Of a DNA stretch of 64,000 nucleotides, positions 50,467-60,748 are shown in pieces. The stretch's first letter is position 1; the number at the start of each line of letters is the position of its first letter. Origin of the DNA: Candidatus Kapaibacterium sp. (GTDB lineage Bacteria > Bacteroidota > Ignavibacteria > Kapaibacteriales > UBA2268); contig OY762428.1 in NCBI GenBank assembly GCA_963665665.1, forward strand, positions 3,872,001 to 3,936,000. Reading direction: 5' to 3'. Below the pieces are notes generated by a model that had not been told where the DNA came from, did no database searches, and was given only the letters and a program-made list of their open reading frames with translations. The translations under genes were made by a program, and so were the position numbers.

Positions 50467-51024
50467 ATGAGAATAGATGTTAAATACGGATTATATATCG
50501 GGATTTTAAATTTTGTATGGCTGTTGTTGGAATATATCAGCGGCCTTCATGGGAAGTATATTGAATACCACTCCATTGTTACCTGGTTCTGGATTGTTAT
50601 TCCTATAGTCGGATATATTTTAATGTATCGCAAATTAAAATCGCTTGATCCTGATGGATACCTGAAATTTAGTACAACAATAAAATCCGGACTTGTTGCA
50701 GCAGGAATTACGGCCATAATTGCAATTCCTTCACAGACTTTGTATTTCTTTGTTATAAATCCGGGATGGACCGATTTCATGGTGGAACAGGCCAGGTTGA
50801 AAATAATGGCTACTACGTCGGATCCCGGTGAGATAGAAAGTGCAGTTTTAGCGGCAAAAAGTTATTTCTCTTATGTTTCGTATTTGATACAAAATGTTGC
50901 CGGATCGTTATTTATTGGATTTGCTCTTAGTATATTTATTGGCGTATTCATGAAAAAGGAAAAGCCAAAAATACCGCCTATTGAAGTATTGAAAAAGCTG
51001 GAAGAGGAACAAAAAGACAGATAA
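50467..51024 (+). CDS. DUF4199-like four-TM membrane protein
   Basis: KYGLYIG, four TM helices, Y..INP motif. Confidence 0.65.
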   Translation: MRIDVKYGLYIGILNFVWLLLEYISGLHGKYIEYHSIVTWFWIVIPIVGYILMYRKLKSLDPDGYLKFSTTIKSGLVAAGITAIIAIPSQTLYFFVINPGWTDFMVEQARLKIMATTSDPGEIESAVLAAKSYFSYVSYLIQNVAGSLFIGFALSIFIGVFMKKEKPKIPPIEVLKKLEEEQKDR

Positions 51025-51087
51025 AATTACAAAAAATAATAAAAATCAGATATCAGAAATACTTCAACAATACCTATTAAAATAAAA

Positions 51088-51117
51088 GCAGGATAATTGA
51101 AAATAAAATTATCCTGC
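51088..51117. terminator. Hairpin between convergent genes
   Basis: GCAGGATAATT-8 nt-AATTATCCTGC. Confidence 0.6.
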
Positions 51118-51186
51118 CGGGTGTTGAAACTTCAATTTATGTGATTTTATATCAATAGGTTTTTAAAATCTGATACACAATCTGTA

Positions 51187-52533
51187 CTATTTCTTTTTGT
51201 TAATATGATCAAGATATTCATCACGTGACAAATTCTTTTTCCTGAATACAAATGAAATCGGAGTACCTGAAAAATCGAAATGTTTCCTTAGTGTTCTTTC
51301 CATAAATCGTTTGTATGAATCTTTTAAAAGTTTTGGGTGATTCAGGAAAAAAGCAAAAACAGGAGGTTCGGTTCCCACCTGGGTTACATAATTTATTCTC
51401 ATGTCCAGCCCGTGTGCCGAGGGTGGGGGAGTGCGGTCAAAATCAGCCATGAGAGTTTTGTTAAGCTCTGATGTTTTAATTCTTTTTTTACGCCTTTCAT
51501 TGATTCCCTGCGCCAATTTAATTATGTTTGTTGCACGTTGTTTGGTTTTTGCAGATACGTAAATAATCGGAACATAGTCGAAGGTTTTAATTGATTCATG
51601 AATTATTTCGGTGTATTGGTCAGCTGTTTTGGTATCTTTTTCAACTAAATCCCATTTGTTCACAGCAATAAGTAAGCCTTTACGAGCCTCGGCAGCCTGG
51701 TTAAGAATACGTTTATCCTGATCTTCCATACCAAGTGTGGCATCCACCATAATAACCGCAACGTCGCAACGCTCAATTGCCCGGGCTGTCCTTAAAGTTG
51801 AAAACATCTCTACATTTTCTTTAATCCTGGTTTTACGTCTTAGTCCGGCGGTATCAATCAGCACAACCTCATCGCCGTAATATTTAACAACGGAATCGGT
51901 TGCATCCCTTGTGGTTCCGGGTATATCTGTAACGATCATCCTGTCTTCACCTAAAAGAGCATTTGTCAGGCTGGATTTTCCTACATTCGGCCTTCCCACG
52001 AAAGCGATTTTCAATCTTTCATCATCCTCGTCATGGTCGTATTCAGTAAGAGAATCTGTAACATGGTCCAGGAAGTCACCTGTTCCGTGGCCGCTCAGGC
52101 CCGATACGGGAAAAGGTTCTCCAAGCCCGAGAGCATGAAATTCAAGGGCATCAAGATCCTGCCTGTTGTTGTCACATTTATTTACAACAAGAGTAACCGG
52201 TTTTTTTGATGTTCTCAGGATAGTTGAAATATCCTGATCGAAGGGAGTAATTCCGTCCCTGCCATCACAAACAAAAACGATTGCATCTGCTTCGTCAATA
52301 GCGATCATTGCCTGTTCGCGTATTGCTTTTTCCATCTTATCTTCGGTGCCGGGAATAAATCCTCCGGTATCAATTACGTGAAAGTATTTCCCGTTCCAGT
52401 CGGAAATTCCATACAGCCTGTCCCGTGTTACTCCGGGTTCAGATTCAACAATAGCATTTTTCTCACCTATCAGGCGGTTAAAAAGAGTGGATTTTCCGAC
52501 GTTGGGCCTGCCAACAATAGCAACGACATTCAT
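51187..52533 (-). CDS. der: Ribosome biogenesis GTPase Der (EngA)
   Basis: Two GRPNVGKS P-loops, DTGG/DTAG, NKCD/NKWD, KH-like C-terminus. Confidence 0.97.
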   Translation of the reverse strand: MNVVAIVGRPNVGKSTLFNRLIGEKNAIVESEPGVTRDRLYGISDWNGKYFHVIDTGGFIPGTEDKMEKAIREQAMIAIDEADAIVFVCDGRDGITPFDQDISTILRTSKKPVTLVVNKCDNNRQDLDALEFHALGLGEPFPVSGLSGHGTGDFLDHVTDSLTEYDHDEDDERLKIAFVGRPNVGKSSLTNALLGEDRMIVTDIPGTTRDATDSVVKYYGDEVVLIDTAGLRRKTRIKENVEMFSTLRTARAIERCDVAVIMVDATLGMEDQDKRILNQAAEARKGLLIAVNKWDLVEKDTKTADQYTEIIHESIKTFDYVPIIYVSAKTKQRATNIIKLAQGINERRKKRIKTSELNKTLMADFDRTPPPSAHGLDMRINYVTQVGTEPPVFAFFLNHPKLLKDSYKRFMERTLRKHFDFSGTPISFVFRKKNLSRDEYLDHINKKK

Positions 52534-52728
52534 AATTTATCTGTTTTTCTTATACTTACATTTTCCGAACCTGCAAATTACGAAAAAATAAATATTTAAA
52601 GCAATTATAAATGGATTTAACGGATTACCTTGAAAAATTGAAATATTTTATTTCATTATACTTGTATATTGATCCATAATAATTTAAATTATTGATATTA
52701 AATTTGTTTAACGATTGCCGGTGACGGT

Positions 52729-54309
52729 ATGAGTTTATTTCAAATCATCATAATTCTGTTTTTCATACCAATATTGATACAGGCTGACGAACCCGATATT
52801 CTCTGGGAGTTTGATATAATGGATATGTCTTTCGGAAATGCCTGTGCAGGAGATATTGACGGCGATGGCAAACCGGAGATAGTATTTTCAACTTATTTCA
52901 ATGACGGACATATTTATGCTCTGAATTCGGAAGACGGAAGCCTTCTTTGGAAATATGATGTAAAAGGATGTTCTGATGCTGCCCCCTTACTTATTGATAT
53001 TAACAATGATGATGTTCCTGAAGTAATTCTTCACAGTTCGTCCGTTACATCAATGTTCTGCTTTAATGGCTCGGATGGTGAGCTGATCTGGAAAATAAAC
53101 TCAAGGGCAACGGATTCTCCACCATCAGGAAAGGACATTGACGACGACGGAATCCCTGAGATATTCGACGGGGATTTTGGAGGTTATGTAGCACGCTACG
53201 ATGCCCGCAACGGTGATAAAAAATGGGAAACCCGGATAGAGCGGGGCAGGGTTGTGCAAACAGCCCCTGTTATTGAAGATATAAACGGTGACGGTGATTA
53301 TGACCTTGCGGTTGCAACATATAGTTTTGATTCAACATGTATAATCGCTGCATTAAGAGCTGACAATGGAGAGTTCCTTTGGAAAAGTTCTGAAGTGACG
53401 GAAGCAATATATCATGGTCCCGCTGTTGCTGATGTTGATAACGATGGCGTAAATGAAGTTATTGTTTCTGATTATGGAGCCTGTATATTTTGTTTGAACG
53501 GTAAAGACGGATCGACAAAATGGAAATATAAATTTCCCGGGACATATTATTCGGGCACTCCGGTTACAATAGCTGATATTGATAATGACGGGAAGTATGA
53601 TATTATCTATTTTGCTGATAATAAGCTAATTGTTCTTGACGGAGATGGAAACCTGAAATGGCTTCATGAAATGATTGGCGGTAATTATTCATTTCGCGGG
53701 GCAGTTGCAGCAGATATAAATTCTGATTTATATCCCGATATAATATTTGGAGATAATAATGGCGGTTTGACGGCATTAAGCGGAAACAATGGTGATTTAA
53801 TCTGGTACTATGATTTTCAGAAAATTTACGATTCCCGGTTTGACCTTCTTCACGGTCCAGTTGTATCAGATTTTAACGCTGACGGGAAGTTGGAGATATT
53901 TTTTGTCGGAGGCTGGGCTGAGTATCCTGATATCGAAAATAATTACGGAAGGGCATACATGATTAATGCAGGCACAGGAAATGGCCCGGATTGGACGATG
54001 TTCAGAAGAGATGCCGCCAGAAATGCCGTACTGCCGATAATGGCAACAAGTGTTGGAGAAGATTATTCAGGTGATATTGATGCCAGAATTGTTGAAAATG
54101 CACTAAGGGTAAAATTAAAAAATGCTGATTTGAATTATACCGGAATTGAATTGTTTGATATATGCGGAAAAAAGATTCTCTCAGAAAGAATTAGTCATCC
54201 TAATCCTTTAATAAAATCAATAAAATGTGGAAATTTGCCGGCAGGAGTTTACTTTTTGTCATTATCATCAGGGATTAAAATTATTCGAAAACCAATAATG
54301 AAATTTTAA
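52729..54309 (+). CDS. T9SS cargo with FG-GAP/PQQ-like beta-propeller repeats
   Basis: Repeated DIDxDGxxE/D motifs with G..W; LPAGVYFL...KPIMKF. Confidence 0.8.
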   Translation: MSLFQIIIILFFIPILIQADEPDILWEFDIMDMSFGNACAGDIDGDGKPEIVFSTYFNDGHIYALNSEDGSLLWKYDVKGCSDAAPLLIDINNDDVPEVILHSSSVTSMFCFNGSDGELIWKINSRATDSPPSGKDIDDDGIPEIFDGDFGGYVARYDARNGDKKWETRIERGRVVQTAPVIEDINGDGDYDLAVATYSFDSTCIIAALRADNGEFLWKSSEVTEAIYHGPAVADVDNDGVNEVIVSDYGACIFCLNGKDGSTKWKYKFPGTYYSGTPVTIADIDNDGKYDIIYFADNKLIVLDGDGNLKWLHEMIGGNYSFRGAVAADINSDLYPDIIFGDNNGGLTALSGNNGDLIWYYDFQKIYDSRFDLLHGPVVSDFNADGKLEIFFVGGWAEYPDIENNYGRAYMINAGTGNGPDWTMFRRDAARNAVLPIMATSVGEDYSGDIDARIVENALRVKLKNADLNYTGIELFDICGKKILSERISHPNPLIKSIKCGNLPAGVYFLSLSSGIKIIRKPIMKF

Positions 54310-54399
54310 TATTGATTCTGCAATAACAGTTTAATTAAAGCGTTTGAGGATAAGAAATGATTAATAATTTATTCTTGTTACACTTATTAGGAATTGAAA

Positions 54400-54642
54400 A
54401 TGGGAGAAGCAAAAATTGCCGGTAAAGCTCCGATAGCAAAAGATCTGAAAGCTGGTAAATATTACTGGTGTGCCTGTGGCGAATCAAAAAATCAACCTTT
54501 CTGCGACGGATCTCATAAAGGATCGGATTTTGTACCTCTGGCTTTTGAACTTGAAGAAGATAAACAGGTTTGGCTTTGCAGCTGTAAAAAAACAAATAAC
54601 CCGCCATTCTGTGACGGATCGCATAAAAAAGTAATCGATTAG
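54400..54642 (+). CDS. CDGSH iron-sulfur protein (tandem CDGSH, CISD3-like)
   Basis: WCACG.SKNQPFCDGSH and LCSCK.T.NPPFCDGSH. Confidence 0.92.
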   Translation: MGEAKIAGKAPIAKDLKAGKYYWCACGESKNQPFCDGSHKGSDFVPLAFELEEDKQVWLCSCKKTNNPPFCDGSHKKVID

Positions 54643-54645
54643 GAT

Positions 54646-54670
54646 AAAGCAGAAATAATTTCTGCTTTTT
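54646..54670. terminator. Intrinsic terminator
   Basis: AAAGCAGAAA-taa-TTTCTGCTTT followed by Ts. Confidence 0.65.
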
Positions 54671-54778
54671 CCTTTATCAGAAAACTGTTTGTATGGGCTT
54701 CTTCACAGCTCGTACTATGCTATATTCTGTTTCGTAATCTTATATTGTTTAGCAAAAAAAATACTTTGATAAAGATTA

Positions 54779-55819
54779 TTACAGTTCAAACCTGCATTTT
54801 AATTCCGGTTCGTCGCTCTCGGCTTTAACTTCCTCAAGCTTATCACCAAAACCATTCAGGTAGTCTCTGTAATCATTCAGTATTGTATAGGCTTCGTCGA
54901 ATGTATCGATTCTTACAAGCTGCTGCCTGATCCTGGAAGCGCCATAGAGCCCTTTCAGGTATCCGGTGTAGTGCTTGCGAAATTCAATAAACCCACGGGG
55001 GTATCCGTTATAAATAATATTTAACTGAAGATGTTCCAGGCAACTGTCAATTCTTTCATCAACAGTCAGCGGAGCCGGAAATTCGTCATTATCCAGGAAG
55101 TATCTTATTCTTTTGAATAAAAATGGGTTGCCAACTGCTGCACGGCCTATCATTATGGCATCGCATCCGGTTTCATCAAAAGCTCTCCTGGCATCTTCCG
55201 GAGTTTTTACATCACCGTTAAGTATTATCGGCATTTCTTTTACAGCTTTTTTTACAATGGGTATCCAGGACCAGTCGGCATCGCCTTTGATAGCCATATC
55301 CCTTGTCCGGCAGTGAATGGCCAGGGCTTTGCATCCTGCCTGCTCGAGCATGGGGGCAACTTCATGAATCACTATAGAATTATGATCCCAGCCAAGCCTT
55401 GTTTTAACTGTTACCGGAACGTCAACTGCCTCGGCAATTGTCCTCGTCATTTCCGCCATCAGGTCGGGATATTTCAGCATAGCTGCGCCGGCATTGCTGT
55501 TTACAACTTTTTTAACCCAGCAGCCCATATTTATATCAATAATATCTGCTCCTCCGTCCTCAATAATTTTTGCTGATTCCACGAGGGAATCTATATTCGG
55601 GCCGAACATCTGAATTGCAACCGGACGTTCCAGTTCGGAAATATCCATTTTTCTTTTCGAGGGGCGGGCATTTCGGATTAGCGCCTCGGATGCTATGAAT
55701 TCCGAATAAACAATATCTGCTCCCATGTCCCTGCATATTATCCTGAATGGCAGGTCTGTTATTCCTTCCATCGGGGCCAGCAGCAGCCCCTTGTCAACTT
55801 CAACTTTTCCGATTTTCAT
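54779..55819 (-). CDS. dusB: tRNA-dihydrouridine synthase DusB
   Basis: LAPMEG, DINMGC, VTVKTRLG, NGDV, MIGRA. Confidence 0.9.
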   Translation of the reverse strand: MKIGKVEVDKGLLLAPMEGITDLPFRIICRDMGADIVYSEFIASEALIRNARPSKRKMDISELERPVAIQMFGPNIDSLVESAKIIEDGGADIIDINMGCWVKKVVNSNAGAAMLKYPDLMAEMTRTIAEAVDVPVTVKTRLGWDHNSIVIHEVAPMLEQAGCKALAIHCRTRDMAIKGDADWSWIPIVKKAVKEMPIILNGDVKTPEDARRAFDETGCDAIMIGRAAVGNPFLFKRIRYFLDNDEFPAPLTVDERIDSCLEHLQLNIIYNGYPRGFIEFRKHYTGYLKGLYGASRIRQQLVRIDTFDEAYTILNDYRDYLNGFGDKLEEVKAESDEPELKCRFEL

Positions 55820-56197
55820 CTATAATGTCCGAATTTATTTCATTCAAATTAAATAATCTTACAAAATTAATTATTTTTGGCAGAATATAACACGTAAATT
55901 TAAAGCCTGCCTGTTTTTAGCATAACCTGACATCCTTTAGATTAATTTTATGCCCGAAATCGGAATTATTTTTATTTCCGGACTAAACCATTTTATTAGT
56001 TAGAAATCCAACTAATATAATTATTGGATGATTAATAACAGGAAATCGAATACTAATACAAGGCATTTATTCTCTATTTACCGCCCAAAATTTGAAATCT
56101 CGCTAAACTGTATTAATTTGCGAAGTTATAATTCAATGAAAATTGAAATGATAAAAAATAATTTGAAAATCAGGTTTTAATATAATAAGAGTTTGAA

Positions 56198-57409
56198 ATG
56201 TTTCCTTCTTTGAATGAACAGATGGACCTTATCAGGTCCGGCGCTATCGAGGTTTTACCGGAAGAAGAACTGGTAAAAAAAATTGAAAAATCGATAAAAA
56301 AGAATAAACCAATGAATATCAAGCTTGGGTGCGACCCAAGCAAACCCGACCTGCATATAGGCCATGCCGTGGTGCTGAATAAGCTGCGGCACTTCCAGGA
56401 CCTCGGCCACAAGGCCATACTGATTGTTGGCGATTTTACCGCAATGATCGGCGACCCATCAGGTAAGTCCAAAACCAGGCCACAACTTACAATGGAAGAA
56501 ACCCGCGTAAATGGCCAATCCTACCTTGATCAGGCTACGATGATCCTTGCAGAGGAAAATATGGAGGTGCGCTATAATTCGGAGTGGCTTGGCAAAATGA
56601 ACTTCACAGACGTAATAAATCTTGCATCGAAATATACCGTGGCCCAGCTGCTGGAAAGAGACGATTTCGACAAAAGGTATAAATCCGGTCTGCCGATCAG
56701 CATGCACGAACTGCTTTATCCCCTTGCCCAGGCCATGGATTCGGCAGCAATTAAATCCGATGTGGAGCTTGGCGGAACAGACCAGAAATTCAATCTTATC
56801 GTTGGCCGTGAAATTCAGAAATCAGACGGGCAGGAACCTCAGTGCATTGTAACGCTGCCGATACTGGAAGGCACAGACGGCGTTGAAAAAATGAGTAAAT
56901 CGCTAAATAACTATATTGCATTGACTGACGTGCCGAGGGAAATTTTCGGCAAGGTAATGTCTATTCCTGATAACCTGATCACCAGGTATTTCCGTTATGC
57001 AGCCTGGGCCGCGGAAGATGAAATAGTAAAAATGGAAAACGGCCTGAAGGACGGAAGCGTTCACCCGCGTAATGCCAAAGTTGAAACAGCCATCCGAATT
57101 GTGGCCAAGTATCATGACGAACAGGCCGGAAAAGACGCACTTGAAGAATTTGAAAGGATGTTCAAAAACAAAGGGCTGCCGGACGATATACCCGAAATGA
57201 CTTTTGATGAGAAAGAAATGCCGATAATGGATATTATGGTGCAGGCAAAAATGGCTCCATCCAAGAAACAGGCAAGGGCTTTTATCGAGCAGAACGCAGT
57301 TTCCGTTGATGGCGAGAAAGTCTCTGACTTATTCGAAAAAATTGATATAAGTAGTGAAAGGCTGATAAAAGTCGGAAAAAGGAAATTCATGAAGGTTAAA
57401 GCTAAATAA
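56198..57409 (+). CDS. tyrS: Tyrosine--tRNA ligase
   Basis: DLHIGH, IGDPSGK, GGTDQKFN, KMSKS, S4 domain ending KVGKRKF. Confidence 0.97.
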   Translation: MFPSLNEQMDLIRSGAIEVLPEEELVKKIEKSIKKNKPMNIKLGCDPSKPDLHIGHAVVLNKLRHFQDLGHKAILIVGDFTAMIGDPSGKSKTRPQLTMEETRVNGQSYLDQATMILAEENMEVRYNSEWLGKMNFTDVINLASKYTVAQLLERDDFDKRYKSGLPISMHELLYPLAQAMDSAAIKSDVELGGTDQKFNLIVGREIQKSDGQEPQCIVTLPILEGTDGVEKMSKSLNNYIALTDVPREIFGKVMSIPDNLITRYFRYAAWAAEDEIVKMENGLKDGSVHPRNAKVETAIRIVAKYHDEQAGKDALEEFERMFKNKGLPDDIPEMTFDEKEMPIMDIMVQAKMAPSKKQARAFIEQNAVSVDGEKVSDLFEKIDISSERLIKVGKRKFMKVKAK

Positions 57410-57488
57410 GACCTGGTATAATTACCGTGATATTACTATATTAATTCAGCATGAACAAGTGAAATCCGGCAATGAGATGTTAAATTGT

Positions 57489-57516
57489 ACAACCTCAGGG
57501 TTAACCCTGAGGTTGT
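57489..57516. repeat. Perfect 28-bp palindrome between convergent genes
   Basis: ACAACCTCAGGGTTAACCCTGAGGTTGT. Confidence 0.85.
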
Positions 57517-57535
57517 TTGTAAATAGATAAATCAA

Positions 57536-59656
57536 TCACTTAGAAACAACAAACGGAATCGTTTTGATAAGCTTCCCGCCTGAATAAATCGCAGCGTAAT
57601 AAACTCCGGAAGAAAGTCCGCTTGTTGAAATATTTATTCCCGAACCTGACAGCGTGTGTCGGGTATTTACAGATTTTCCGGTCATATCCTGAATAACTAC
57701 ATTGCCAACATCCAATCCGTTAAAATCAATCATTACATTTTCTTTTGCAGGGTTTGGATATGAGAATAATTGCGCTATTTCCTTCTCGTATTCCACTCCG
57801 GTTATTTTTCCGTGGAACCAGTCGTCGGTGCGCCTGATAACCCAACTTCTGACGTCTTCGTCCTGAATCATTTCCAGGCTGATGCCGAAATAAACAATTT
57901 TATAAACATCGTTCTGTAATCTTATACCGCCGACTTTACTGTCGTCGTTATTATAATAGAACAGAGGGCGGGCGCTTCCGAGCGGAGTAATGACATCAGG
58001 ATACATGTATGGATTGCCACTGTTGTCGGTTCCGTATTTATTTTCCAGCATTGAAGAGCTTAGCGAGCCCATCAGAGTTTCGCCATCAATAAAACTGATA
58101 GAACTGTTGGCAGTACTTCCGTCGTCAACAAAATCAAGCCTGAGGTAATCTTTCATGAATTGCTGTGTAACGAGTGTTCCGTTGCCTCTTTCAAGGTCGA
58201 AATTATCCCAGGCAAAATCCTGTCCGGAAAGGAATATATTGCCGCCTCTATCCAGGAACTTCTTAAAATTATCAACTGTCTGTTCAGTCAGGGAAGGGAA
58301 AGTCCACCCTACATTGTAGTAGATATTTTCGATATTGGCATCGATCTCTGCATTTACAATATCAGTATAATCGCCAAGCATCATGCTGCAAAATGCAGGA
58401 TTTGAATTTGCCTCAAGCCCGTTCAGGTAATCATCCTGGTAATAGGATGCGTCGTTATCTGAATTATCTCCCCAGCCAACATCATTGTTAATAACAACAT
58501 CTTTAACTCCCGAGAGCATCAATATTTTACTGCTGATGCGCGTGGGGGCTTCGGGATTATCAATTGATTTTACAATTACATAATATTTACCAAGGCCGGG
58601 AACATCACCCGGATCAACCGTTAATCCAAATTCGGCAGCCATGTTTTGTGAAACGTTGATATTAACTTCCTGTCCGCTCTCATTGGCGGTAAGCAAGTTC
58701 GCTGACCATCCTTCCGGCTGATCGGATACAAGAGAAAGTGTAAATGAGTTACCTTCAATTTTTGATTCAAATAAAAGGTCGAAATTTGTCAATTCCGGAA
58801 CTGATTGGTATAAGTTTCTTGTGCCGCTGATATCAACTTTACCAATATATAAAGTTGTTCCTCCGTCAGCTTTGATGTTAACGCCGGTATAGATATTCTT
58901 AGTATTTTCCACTGCATAAACGGCAATATCGCAGTTATCCGCATTCCATTCTTCCTGAAGAGTGTACTCGTAGGTTTTCTCAACGAATGAACCCTGCTGA
59001 AGATCTGAAAATGTTTCGCCCCACTGTCCGGTAATAAAATCCCTGAGCATGTGCATGTGTGCATAATTTGTTGGTATCGGGGCTCCAGACTGCGGCCCGA
59101 CAACGTTGTTTTCAAGAACTGCAATATTCAGGTTCAGCGCATCGTTGCTTAGTTCGCCGGTAACATATAATTCAATGTTTATTGTAAGTTTCCTTGTTTC
59201 AGGATCGAAAGTTGATTCTGCTCCGACATTTACGGGTGAATCCTCAGGGAAAACAATTTTTGCCGCGGCCTCCCACTGGCCCCTGTTTAGTGAAAGTTCG
59301 CCTTCTGCTGTCAGCCCGGAGAACTCTCTTCGGTTTACCGTACCGGCAGGATAACCTGATACTTTTGCCTGGTTGGCAAGGGCATTGCCCCATTCAGTGC
59401 GATAATCCGGCTCACCGGAACCCGGAGCTGCAAAAGATCCCTGGTGAATATTAAGAAGAACAACCTGGCCGGGATATTTATCATGAAGTGCTTTAGCCAG
59501 TTTATGGCCTTCGGGACACCAGCCGCAGTGGATTCCCGTATATTCCTCGAGAACTACATTTTTCTTTTCCACAGAAGTGGGAACTAATCTCTGGGCTGCT
59601 GCAAAACTGCTGAATACAACAAATAAAATGATAAAAATTGATATTGTTTTTTTCAT
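57536..59656 (-). CDS. Omp28-related thioredoxin-like protein with T9SS CTD
   Basis: VVLEEYTGIHCGWCP, GYPAGTVNR, HMHMLRD; SYPNPA...SSGVYY. Confidence 0.85.
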   Translation of the reverse strand: MKKTISIFIILFVVFSSFAAAQRLVPTSVEKKNVVLEEYTGIHCGWCPEGHKLAKALHDKYPGQVVLLNIHQGSFAAPGSGEPDYRTEWGNALANQAKVSGYPAGTVNRREFSGLTAEGELSLNRGQWEAAAKIVFPEDSPVNVGAESTFDPETRKLTINIELYVTGELSNDALNLNIAVLENNVVGPQSGAPIPTNYAHMHMLRDFITGQWGETFSDLQQGSFVEKTYEYTLQEEWNADNCDIAVYAVENTKNIYTGVNIKADGGTTLYIGKVDISGTRNLYQSVPELTNFDLLFESKIEGNSFTLSLVSDQPEGWSANLLTANESGQEVNINVSQNMAAEFGLTVDPGDVPGLGKYYVIVKSIDNPEAPTRISSKILMLSGVKDVVINNDVGWGDNSDNDASYYQDDYLNGLEANSNPAFCSMMLGDYTDIVNAEIDANIENIYYNVGWTFPSLTEQTVDNFKKFLDRGGNIFLSGQDFAWDNFDLERGNGTLVTQQFMKDYLRLDFVDDGSTANSSISFIDGETLMGSLSSSMLENKYGTDNSGNPYMYPDVITPLGSARPLFYYNNDDSKVGGIRLQNDVYKIVYFGISLEMIQDEDVRSWVIRRTDDWFHGKITGVEYEKEIAQLFSYPNPAKENVMIDFNGLDVGNVVIQDMTGKSVNTRHTLSGSGINISTSGLSSGVYYAAIYSGGKLIKTIPFVVSK

Positions 59657-59791
59657 CGGGCACCTTTATTAAATTTCGAAACATTCTTTCCTAAACTTTA
59701 AATATTAAGATAATAATTATATAATAAATTTGTAAGCAAAAAATCATATATGTATTTTCGAAAGTTGTTATTAATTACTTCTGTAAAAGTT

Positions 59792-60562
59792 ATGGATATT
59801 TTCGATAAAGCAATAAATTATTTACAAAGAGTCAGTGAATTGGAAGGGGACTTCCTGTTTCTTGACAGTATTCCCGACCTGACTCCTGAAGAAAAAGATA
59901 TTGATTCACCAAAATTAAAGTCTTATACTCCTGATTCTGAAAAATTCCAATTAAAAAATGAACAGGTTAAGACTGAAAAGGTTACAGCCGAATGGCAAAA
60001 AGCTTCATCACTTCAGGAATTATACAATCAGATTCACGAATGCAGGAACTGTCCGCTTGGGAATACCAGGACGAAATTTGTTTTCGGTGCCGGAAGTCCC
60101 AATGCCGATATTATGATTATTGGCGAAGCCCCCGGAAGGGATGAAGATATGCAGGGTATTCCATTTATTGGACGGGCTGGTCAGTTGCTGACAAAGATAC
60201 TTGCAGCAATAAATCTCAGCCGGGAAGAAGTTTTTATTGGCAATATCATTAAATGCCGTCCGCCGAATAACCGACGCCCCCAGGAAAATGAAGTTGCTGA
60301 ATGCGAACCCTACCTGATGAAGCAGATTGAGCTTATAAATCCAAAATTTATCCTGGCATTGGGGCTTACTGCCGTAGATACATTATTGAAAAAGAAACAC
60401 CGTATGGCGGATATCCGTGGTGAATTCATGGATTACCACGGCAGACAGATGATGGTTACTTACCATCCTGCTGCCCTGCTCAGGAATAATAACCTGAAAC
60501 GTCCGGTATGGGAGGACGTGAAGAAATTAAGAAGACATTACGATGAGTTTCTGAAAGAATAA
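59792..60562 (+). CDS. Uracil-DNA glycosylase family 4 (Fe-S)
   Basis: [32 protein letters not shown]. Confidence 0.92.
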   Translation: MDIFDKAINYLQRVSELEGDFLFLDSIPDLTPEEKDIDSPKLKSYTPDSEKFQLKNEQVKTEKVTAEWQKASSLQELYNQIHECRNCPLGNTRTKFVFGAGSPNADIMIIGEAPGRDEDMQGIPFIGRAGQLLTKILAAINLSREEVFIGNIIKCRPPNNRRPQENEVAECEPYLMKQIELINPKFILALGLTAVDTLLKKKHRMADIRGEFMDYHGRQMMVTYHPAALLRNNNLKRPVWEDVKKLRRHYDEFLKE

Positions 60563-60593
60563 GTTGATAGGGGTTGTCTTAAACCTGGAAACC

Positions 60594-60620
60594 TGTCATT
60601 CGGAGCGCAGAGAAGAATCC
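60594..60620 (+). repeat. REP-like half element, GTCA...GAAGAATC family
   Basis: TGTCATTCGGAGCGCAGAGAAGAATCC. Confidence 0.65.
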
Positions 60621-60748
60621 AGCATTAATTCAAATTTTTGATTCTTTATATAAAATTTTTAGAGAAATGAATTATTCAGTTTTAAAAGTCCATCGGAATG
60701 AAAACAACAACGATGATTTGATCAAATTATAAATATATTGGAAAGATT

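Noticed and set aside
55820-56197. T-box leader upstream of tyrS
   Set aside because: No T-box consensus or terminator/antiterminator visible
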